Below, piece by piece: positions 12,934 through 23,000 of a stretch of 64,000 nucleotides of DNA. Below the pieces are notes generated by a model, which was not told the origin of the DNA, ran no database searches, and was given only the letters and a program-made list of their open reading frames with translations. The number at the start of each line of letters is the position of its first letter. Positions within the stretch are counted from its first letter, which is position 1. A program made the position numbers and the translations under genes. Source of the stretch: Azolla caroliniana (Eukaryota > Plantae > Polypodiophyta); the NCBI GenBank assembly GCA_043228905.1, contig JBHGNT010000004.1:11532001-11596000 (forward strand), given 5' to 3'.

Positions 12934-13388
12934 TATTAGATATCTAGGTACTAAAGTAAGCTTAAGATAAGGATAAACTAATGATAGATAGAAAGCAAAA
13001 AGAGAAAGAAGGGTGTCGATCCACCCGACCACCCCCAAGCGAAGGGATCGAGATGGACTCGAGCCTCGATCTGCGTCCCATACCACTACCGTGGCGTCGA
13101 GCCGTACCTGGTGCTGGCGCGCTCGCTACAAGAGTTGACCCACCACAAGAGCAGAGTCTCGATGTAGTCAAAAGATGATCAAATGAGGGTAGCTAGGCCT
13201 CTTATTTATAGCGATACCCAAGGCCTCCAGGCAAGTTCACACTTGACCTAATGGGTTGTCTCAATCCCGAGGATTAAAAGTAATCCTCCCCTTCTTTACA
13301 CTCTCGTTTAACCCTCACACTTATCCACGTGTATAGAATACTACGGTAAATTCTCACCACGGGATATTAAATGGTCATGCCCGTAACA
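12934..13388 (-). repeat. 3' LTR of element B
   Basis: Direct repeat of 28771-29225, adjacent to the PPT. Confidence 0.92.
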
Positions 13389-15996
13389 TACTCCCCCTCT
13401 TTATAACATTGCACTCTTGCAATGGAAAGTTAGGGAAATTAGTTCTAAGAGTATTTTCACGTTCCCATGTGGCATCTTTTATTGATTTATCCATCCATTT
13501 TATTTTAAATTCTCGGATTTCTTTAGTACGTAATTTTTTTGTTTTAACATCGAGAATTCTTTCTGGTACATGTGGTTTAGAAGATAATTCTTCAGAAGTA
13601 ACCAGAGTTTCAGTTGTAACTGTATTGTCGCCAGAACCTAGAAGTTCTTTTAGATGACTCACATGAAAGACTGGATGAATTCCAACACCATCGGGAAGAG
13701 CGAGACGATAGGCTGATGACCCAATGCGTTTGAGGACTATAAAAGGTCCACAAAACCGTGGGGCTAACTTAACGCACTTACCCGAAGACAATGTCTTAGA
13801 ATTGTGAGGTACACATAAAAATACCTTTTGTCCAGGGTTGAATACACAAGGTTGCCTATGATGGTCGGCATAAAAACGCGCTCTATCTTGAGCTGTTTTT
13901 ATATTATCTCGTGCAATATGCAACATATCTTGCATATCCCGAAGAAAGTTTTGCGTACTTCACAACTCATCATGATGTATATTAACATCAATCGGGGGTC
14001 GTGGCTGAAAACCATACATCAACATAAAAGGACTATATCCCGTCGACATATGCTTGGAGCTGTTATAAGCAAACCCCAAAATTGGGAGATAACGTTCCCA
14101 TTTTGTTGGTTTTGCACCAACGTAGGCTCGAAGCATGTCCTCAATAATTTGATTTACTCGTTCTGTCTGTCCATCGAATTGAGGATGATCCGTGGAGCTC
14201 ATGCTCAACGTAGTTTCTAACTTCTTAAAGACTTGCGTCCAGAAGTCACTAGTAAACTTTGGATCTCGATCACTCACGATATCCATCGATAACCCATAAA
14301 AATGAAACAATTCGTCAACGAATTGGTAAGCCAATTCAGGAGGTGTTACCGTGGTTTTAGTAGCAATAAATTTGGCCATTTTAGTTAGTCGATCAACGAC
14401 AACCCAAATGGCATCATGACCTTTTTGGGTGCGAGGAAGGCTAACAATAAAATCCATGGATATACTTTCCCACTTATTATTGGGAATGTCCAAGGGATGT
14501 AAAAGTCTTGCGGCTTTAAGTCGCTCGACTTTGTTAACCTGACACTAGTGACATTTAGTCACATAGCTATGTATGTCAGGACGCATCTTAGGCCAATAAA
14601 ATTGAGTGGAGATGAGAACGAGTGTACGATGTATTCCAGGATGCCCTGCTGAGGGTGCATCATGGCATTCAAAAAGAATCCTCTTTTTGACCTCGGGTAA
14701 ATCTGGAACACAAACCTTCCCATTACGGTAGAGCAAACCGTTAGTAATGTGGAAGTATTCCTTCGAGGATGTGATGGTGTCTGTTCCAGACTCAACTCTT
14801 GCCCAGTATTTTGCAAAATAACTGTCATCAGGATACTTTCCTCGAAGGTGATCATAAAGATCTGATGTTATTTCAGTGAAGCTAAGCATGTTAACTTCAC
14901 GCATGCGACTTAGTGCATCAACGACAGTGTTCATGGAGCCTTTACGATATCGTATGGAAAAATCAAAGTCCTAGATGAGATCAACCCATCGTGCCTTACG
15001 ACCTTTCAGGTCTTGTTGGTCACAAAAATATTTCAAGGACTCGTGGTCCGTAGTTACCACAAAGCGATTTCCATAAAGATAGTGGCGCCATGTTTTGAGC
15101 ACATGTATAAATGAAAATAATTCCTTTTCTTGAACGGTATACCGACATTGAGCAGAATCAAGTTTCTTACTCTCGAATGCTATTGGTTTACCATCTTGAT
15201 ACAAGACAACACCTATAGCATAATCGCTTGCATCGGTTTCAACCTCAAAAGGTTTTGAAGGATCAAGTAAAAGAAGTGAAGGAGCCTTGCAAACCAGGTC
15301 CTTGAGTTCCTTAAAGGCGAGGTCTAGTGTAGCATTCCAAACAATAGGTTTTGTAGACTTACGCGTTTGACCTTTTAAAAGATTAGTAAACGGCATCGTC
15401 AATTGGGAGTAATTACGAAAAGACTTTTGCAAAAACCCAACAAAACCAAGGAATGATCGAACTTCTCGAATATTCCGAAGAGTGGGCCAAAGCTTGATTT
15501 TCTCAATGCGAGAAGGATCAATTTCAACTCCTCGTTTGGTTATGAGATGTCCTAGATAAGTAATTGATTTCTTGAAGAACTCACATTTTGAGATCTTCGC
15601 ATAAAACTGTTTGTCACGCAATGTTTGTAAAACAAAGCGGACATGTCTAGCATGTTCTTGTAATGTACGGCTATAAACTAAAATATCATCCAAGAAAATA
15701 ACGACAAATTTTCTAAGTTGTTCTTGGAAAATGTCATTCATTTCTTGTTGAAAAATAGCCGGAGCATTGGTCAAACCAAAAGGCATAACCAAAAACTCGT
15801 AATGGCCATAGCGCGTACGAAATGTTGTTTTAGGAACATCGTCCTCACTTATTCGTATTTGATGGTAGCCAGTATGGAGATCAAGTTTCGTAAAATAACG
15901 AGCTCCCTGGAGACAGTCAATTAGATCGCCAGCCCGGGGCAATGGGTACGAATTCTTGATCGTCACTTTATTCAAGTGTCGGTAATTAATACACAT
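13375..15996 (-). pseudogene. pol: pol of element B (RT, RNase H, integrase, chromodomain)
   Basis: Motifs [42 protein letters not shown] and PERILD...FKIKW...DATWE; several stops. Confidence 0.92.
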
Positions 15997-16000
15997 ACGC

Positions 16001-16648
16001 TGTCGCGAAGATTCGCGCGTGCGTGTGCTACTCGAGCGACCACCGGGGTCTTGGACTGGGGAGGACGTTCGCGGAATTATCGAAGAGATGACGATCAATG
16101 TAAGATTAGACGGAAATTGGTTTACTTGAGAAGAAGAAAAATTGTACACTTGAGAAGTAGAAAAATATGAAGATGATAAAGACAAATATAATTATATTGA
16201 TGATAATGGTGTTGGTGATATCACATATTGAGCCCCCCTTACACAAGCCCAACTAGAGACTTTTATAGGTCTTTCCATGCTTGTGACATGCACAAAACCA
16301 TTGGCTAAAACCATGGTTTTGTGCACACGGTTTTGCTTATGTCATGCACAAACCATGGGTTTAAAACCATGGTTTTGTGCACATGGTTTTCTATGGTTGT
16401 TTTGTCTATAATTTGTATATGAAAAGGAAATACATAAAATTTACACTATACGATAGTTGTCCTAGTGGTAAGGCAATTATCTTGTATCTTAGAGGTGCAA
16501 GGTTCAAACCTTGCTTGCACCCCTTTGTATGAACTCAAGTGCCACTAGGCCTTAGGAGGCTTATTTACTAAGTTTATGTGCAATGTTGCACATCCTTGGT
16601 ATATTCGTCTCACTCGGTTTCACACCGTAGCCGAAAATCGTCACGACA
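16001..16648 (-). repeat. 3' LTR of element C
   Basis: Direct repeat of 18881-19521. Confidence 0.93.
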
Positions 16649-16724
16649 TCCACCCCCACCAAACCCGCACATCCTCCGGTATGTGCCGAGAAAGGTGAAG
16701 AGGTGAGATCTTTGGCAACGGTGA

Positions 16725-18836
16725 TCAACCGAGTTCCTCTGCACGCTCGTCTGACTTCGTCTTCCACTTCGAGTATGCGCAATCTTTCCAACCGAACCAC
16801 CGTAGCCACCCGATCCACCATATCCGGCGCTCACACCTTCTTCCCCGATCGGTTGTAGTAGATCTACCGAACGATGTCGTCGATACGACCGCTCTTCCTT
16901 CGTCCACTGCGTGTGTCCTTCGATTGGACTCCTGGCCACTCCTCACGCTCACCGTCTTCAACTGGGTATTGTAGATCGTTCGTGTCGATCTCCGATTAGG
17001 CCGGGTTTGCCCTTGTCCGGATCGGTCTCCACCGATCGCTTCTTGGCTTGGTTGGCCTTCGTCTGCATTCACATTTCCCCGAGTCGGGCTCGACCGATTG
17101 ATTCTGGCTGGGTCGGCCCCCTTTTGGATCGGAATCGTCCGATCGATTTTCGCCGAATCAGGTTTCGGCCGGGTCGGCCCTGGTCGATCGGCTCCCATGT
17201 GGATCTTCCTTCGTTCAGGTCGGAATCCCGGCCGGATCGTCTTCCGGTTCAACCGGTTCTCGACTCTTCCTTCCTTCCCACATGCAACCTCTCCATCGAA
17301 CTCAACCGCAGCTTCATCCTTGGCCTCCACGTCGGCCATATCCTTCCCTCCATGTATGCTCGCCGCGAGCCATATTGTCTCCTCTTCGCCACCTCCTTTA
17401 TCTTCGGTCTTATGCCGACACACGGTCTCGACTGCCGAAGTCTCCGGAACCAGTGTGAAGGAATCCCTTCGCTCATGCACTTTTACCTTGTCTTCTTCAT
17501 CGCCCTTCCGGTCGTCCTCTTTTTTGTCCACACATTCCGTCTCTTCGGTCTCACGTTGGCGCACGTGCACAACTGCCGAAGTCTCTAGAATAGGTGTGGG
17601 GATATCCTTTCTTCCACGATCTTCTTCCTCCTTGTGTTGGGCCTTCGTCTTCCCGTCACCACCTTCCGTCTCTCCGGTCTCACGTTGGCACATGGGTGCA
17701 ACCGCCGAAGTCTCTGGAACAATCGTGGAGAAAGTCTTGACATGGCTATCCGTTGTCGACTCGTCCATAGCCACCTCCGACTCGATGTCGTTTGTCATGG
17801 CTACCTCCTCAATCTCTTCCGACTCAAACACTTTTTCTCCCTCGATCATGCAAGCTTTTCTCATGCTTACGCCGTCATCACCCGATGTTTCGTACACAAT
17901 GCATGTTCCGAAACATTTATCCTCCCTCGAAGTGGCGTTCGCCGTCCTCGAGTCATCGGCCTCCTCCTTCACCGTCGTTTCTTTGTAAGACAAGAAGGTG
18001 ACTTGTTTCACACCTTCTCTCTCAAGACCGTCATACCGAACCAGAGCCTTTGTATCGGCCACTTCATTAACCCACATTTGTTGGGAGGTCTCTTCTTCCT
18101 CGATCACCATTCGCCTCGGTTTTGTCTCCCTTCTAAGCTTCATTTCTTTTGTTGGTGGTGCGTTGTTGCATCTCGTCCCTCTTCGATCGTCCCTCATTGG
18201 CCGTCTTGTTGTCGTCGATATTCTCGCTTGCCCCTTATCGTGTAGTCGGCATACACTTTCCACTTTGCTCCAATCCTCGATGAGGCCATTTGCACCATCA
18301 TCTTCTTCGAGTTTGAGGCCGATCGCCATCCTTTCCATTCGATCGATTGACTTCACGAACATAAGGACCTTATCGACCCCCACCAATCTTTGTTCCCGCT
18401 CCAACAATTGAGAAAAATGATGCTCGAAGTCTACGAATGCTTGTGTCGCACCTTGGTGGGTCTTCGCTGATGTCACCCATTGGTCGAAGTTGCGTCGATC
18501 TCGTCCCTTCAGTCTCTCATAGCCATATTCCTCCAATAGAGCCTTCTCGAAAGTCGCCCACGAATCATGAGCTTCTAGAAGCTCTTTTACATCTTTGAAG
18601 ATCGGTTGAGACACCACCCGACAAAAGTACTCTAGCCTCATAGCTTTGTCCACACCTCTTGAATCCATCTCCGCATTGTAGACTTTTAGGAAACTTTGGA
18701 CTTTGGCACCGTTGAAATAGCTCATTCATTCGACTACCTTGTCGACGGCTTGTTGGGCTTCATTTCTTCTTTTCCCTTCTCTCAGAAACTCCATCATCCT
18801 TCTTGACATTGCCTCCATGAGATATTCGCCATCCAT
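16725..18836 (-). CDS. gag: Gag-like protein of element C with a long acidic/repetitive C-terminal extension (666 aa from 18725; in-frame ATG at 18836 separated by one TGA)
   Basis: The N-terminus aligns by eye with element E gag (FNGAKVQSFLKVY/FGGKNITDFLATY; WATFEKALLEEY/WAEFEKALLAEY; DKVLMFVKSID/DKVLLFLKAVD). No zinc knuckle; ETSAV repeats. Confidence 0.75.
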
Positions 18837-18880
18837 CTTCGTCCTCCCCTGCTGCTCTTCACGTCGGGTTCACCAAATGA

Positions 18881-19521
18881 TGTCGCGAAGATTCGCGCGT
18901 GCGTGTGCTACTCGAGCGACCACCGGGGTCTTGGACTGGGGAGGACGTTCGCGGAATTATCGAAGAGATGACGATCAATGTAAGATTAGACGAAAATTGG
19001 TTTACTTGAGAAGAAGAAAAATTGTACACTTGAGAAGTAGAAAAATATGAAGATGATAAAGACAAATATAATTATATTGATGATAATGGTGTTGGTGATA
19101 TCACATATTGAGCCCCCCTTACACAAGCCCAACTAGAGACTTTTATAGGTCTTTCCATGCTTGTGACATGCACAAAACCATTGGCTAAAACACAAGCACA
19201 CGGTTTTGCTTATGTCATGCACAAACCATGGGTTTAAAACCATGGTTTTGTGCACATGGTTTTCTATGGTTGTTTTGTCTATAATTTGTATATGAAAAGG
19301 AAATACATAAAATTTACACTATATGATAGTTGTCTTAGTGGTAAGGCAATTATCTTGTATCTTAGAGGTGCAAGGTTCAAACCTTGCTTGCACCCCTTTG
19401 TATGAACTCAAGTGCCACTAGGCCTTAGGAGGCTTATTTACTAAGTTTATGTGCAATGTTGCACATCCTTGGTATATTCGTCTCACTCGGTTTCACACCG
19501 TAGCCGAAAATCGTCACGACA
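18881..19521 (-). repeat. 5' LTR of element C
   Basis: Direct repeat of 16001-16648, followed on the minus strand by the tRNA-Trp PBS. Confidence 0.93.
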
Positions 19522-19675
19522 ACGCCATGTGCCCTCTTTCTTTTTAACCAAGAGAATTGGTGCACCCCATGGAGATTTACTATAATGTATATAACCCATT
19601 CGTAAATAGTCCTTGAGTTGCTTAGATACCTCATCCTCTTCGGATCGACTTAAGCGATAAGGAGGTATACTTATT

Positions 19676-19983
19676 TGTTGAGAGACAAGCTCAACATTGG
19701 CCGGATCGGCTGAAGAAGCCGAGGACCGGATCGGTTGGGACCGATTGGTTAGGCCGAATGCGTAAACCGGTACGCAGACCGGTGCGTAGGTAGGGCCGGA
19801 TCGATGCGTAAACCGGGAGGCTGTTAGGAAAGATATTCCGTGAGGAATATATTTGGGAGTTAGTGTAGGGGCTCTCAATGAGCATTGAAGTACTGTCAGT
19901 ACTTCTGTCAGTCCTTCTAGGACTTGTATAAAAGTGTTCATTGAACACACACATGTATAGAGTGGTGAATATAGTTCTTGTGT

Positions 19984-20014
<31 letters not shown>

Positions 20015-23000
20015 CTGTCTCTCCCGCGTATACTGCATAAGCTCAAGCTCTCCATTAAACCTGAGTTTCCTTCCTTCTGTTCGGGCTTCATACTTGCTTC
20101 TGCACGGTACTTTTACATGGTATCAGAGCGTGAGGGTTGAGAACCTCTCTTCAGCCGACACAGCTTGACGAAGAAGAACAAGAAGAACGATGGGTGGAGG
20201 CATGGCGAGCTCGCTTCCAACAGAGAAGCTCGACAGAACCAACTACGCGTCTTGGTCCTACAAGATGCACCAGTACATGCTCGGACACGGCTACTAGAGT
20301 TATGTCGAAAGAGCTAATGACGCGGCACCCGAATCGACACACAGAGACTTCCCGTCGTGGGAGCAATCGGCGAGCAGGGTATTATACTGCTTCGCGTCAT
20401 GTGTGGGAGAACAACTATTGAGCTATGTTCAAGATGCAAAGACGCCGAAGGGTGCATGGGAAAATCTGAAGAAGATTTTCGCCGCGAGCACCACAGCCAG
20501 GAAGCTTCAACTCCGACAAGAGTTGAGCAACCTACGACAACACGACTTGTCGGTGGCGGACTATACCTCGAAGATCAAGGATATCTGTGACTCCCTCGCC
20601 TCCATAGAGGTGAACATCGAGGAGAGTGAGATGGTCCAGATCTGTCTCAGAGGTTTGGCGTCGAAGTTCGGAGCATTCCAAACAGCTGTGTGTACCAGGG
20701 AGAATACGTCGTCCTTTTTCGACTTACAGTCAATGCTCCTGGTAGAGGAGAACCATGCAGGTTCGTCTAGAAGCCTGCGCACCGACAAGAGAATGTTGTA
20801 CACGGAGGGAGATAGGCCCCGTGGACGTGGAGGACGAGGCGAGTCGGCGCGCAATGAAGGCGGCCGACGAGATCAAGAAAGAAGGCACCGAAGTGATGCC
20901 GACAGCAACTCCGGACCCTCCGGAAACAGGGGGAGTCGAACCGATGAGAACCGGCAAGGGAAGGCCATCGCGGAGTGCTGGTACTGTGGCAAGAAAGGCC
21001 ACAAGGAAAGTGAGTGCTGGAAGAAGCGCGCCGATTAGGAGAGAACCGGTTCCGGAAACGGCCCCGGACATACCGACAAGGGAAATCGGCAGCGATCGCA
21101 CTACGCCGAAGACTCCAGGAGAGCCAGAGAAGGGTCTGCCTTCGTGACGAGACACGAAGCAAACTCAATGAAACAGACCACCCCGAGATCAGAAGAGGTG
21201 TGGTACGTAGACTCCAGCGCGTCAAACCACATGACGAGCCATCAGGAGTGGTTCTCGTACCTTGAAAAACCGATACAACCTGGAGTAGTCGCAACTGGAG
21301 ACGACACTCCGCATCCGATCGCGAATGTCAGAGAAGTTCCCCTTAGCCATGTCGGACAGAAAGGGAAACTCATGAACATGTTGCACGTTCCGACAATCAC
21401 GAAGAACTTGGTCTCGGTCGGACATATCGTCGACCAAGGGATGGAGGTTCGGTTTACACACCTCAGGTGCTTCATTGAGGAAGAAGGCCGTGTGATTGCG
21501 CAAGGGCGTAGAGACGGTAGGATGTTCATCCTCGACTCCACTGACGGTGGCACCGCAATGTTTGCGAAGGGACAAAAATCCGAGTCGGACATCGACTTGT
21601 GGCACAAGCGGATAGGCCACGTCAACTACCAGCGGCTTCAAGATCTGCAATCGAAACAGGTAGTGTTCGGATTGCCCAAATTTAGTGGCCGAAAGGCACA
21701 AATTTGTGAAGCCTGCCAGCTCGGGAAGCAACACCGACTTCCTTTCCCCAACGAGCGAAACCGGAGCCGGAACAAGCTCAACCTTATACACTCCGATGTA
21801 TGGGGGCCGGCACAAAATGTTAGTCTTGGCGGGAGCCGATATTTCGTCTCCTTCATCGATGACCACACGCGGCACACGTGGATCTACCTCATTGAGAGGA
21901 AGAGCAAAGTCTTCGACTGTTTCCGGGACCTCAAAGGGTTCGTGGAAACGGAAATGGGACGAAAGATCAAGTGCCTACGGTCGGATGGCGGGAAAGAGTA
22001 CTTTTCCGGTCAATTCAACGGTTATCTACAACAAATGGGAATTCGGCGCGAATTCAGTTGTAGATACACGCCGGAGCAGAACGGCGTGGCCGAGAGGAAG
22101 AATCGGTCAGTTGTGGAAGCGGCACGGGCAATGCTGGAGGAGAAGAGCTTGCCCAAGTTCTATTGGGCCAAGGCGGTAAGGACCGCAGTATACATCCAGA
22201 ACCGGATCGGAGACAAAGTGTCGGCGTACGAGCTATATTTCGGAACGAACCCGAACTTGCAACACTTGAGGGTGTTCGGTAGCATTGCGTATGTGCATGT
22301 ACCGAAGGAGAAAAGGAGGAAGCTGGATGCAAAGGCCGAGAAATGCAGCTTGGTCGGTTACTCGGACGAGCAGAAGGGTTATAAGTGCTATAACCCTCGC
22401 ACCAAACAAGCGCGTGTTAGCCGCGACGTTGTGTTTGACGAGTCTGCGTCCTAGTACCAGCCCCCGACTCCGAAACCCGACTCCAATCCGAGCTCTGACG
22501 ATGAGGTCAGCGAGGCCGAGATACCTCCGGATGAGCCCGAAATCGAGACCCACGAAGAGAGTTCGATTTCACTCCGATTAAGTGGACCAATTGGATGACT
22601 GAGTCGGTACCACCAATCCGATGAAGAGCCGGCGAGTAGTGGAGACTCGGCCGTGCATTCCCCGCGCAGAAAGCCAAGGAGACGGCTTACGCGCAAAGAG
22701 AAAGGGAAGAAGAAGGTGTCGGATTCCGCCACGGATAGGAACGAGTCAGACCGACGCGAGTCCGACTCCGAGGGAACCGGTGACGGGTCTTTAAAGGTGA
22801 AGTCCGCGTCGACCGAGAAGGCCTCCACATCGGCTAATGTGAGATTACGCCGATCTACCCGCCAGAAGAATCTTGTTTTGCGGTTCGGATACAACGAGTA
22901 CATGGCGCATCATTACGCGTACATGACCCGTGTAACGGAAGTGCATGAGCCGGAGAGCTACGCAGAAGCGGCTAAAGACGTGAATTGGCGTGCCGCGATG

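Larger units (their letters stand above)
16001..19521 (-). mobile_element. Element C: non-autonomous gag-only LTR element (TR-GAG-like), tRNA-Trp primed
   Basis: Nearly identical LTRs at 16001-16648 and 18881-19521 (TGTCG...CGACA). 4-bp TSD ACGC at 15997-16000 and 19522-19525. PBS TGGTGAACCCGACGTGA at about 18859-18875; PPT GGTGGGGGTGGA at 16649-16660. Single gag-like ORF and no pol. Confidence 0.92.

Noticed and set aside
14971-16185. 404-aa ORF with an unusual S-rich N-terminus on RT
   Set aside because: Chimeric frame made by the C LTR abutting the RT of B at the TSD. The same applies to 19483-20091, 42755-43039 and 46991-47326.
16452-16525. Functional tRNA gene
   Set aside because: No acceptor stem or anticodon arm can be formed; kept only as a tRNA-like module.
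16911-18411. Plus-strand ORFs up to 296 aa in element C
   Set aside because: Antisense shadows of the gag-like ORF.
19705-19775. CTGAAGA in the D LTR as a possible hammerhead (retrozyme) core
   Set aside because: No stem II-GAAA arrangement, and the other LTR has CTAAAGA. The CTGATGA hits I noticed elsewhere lie in coding sequence.
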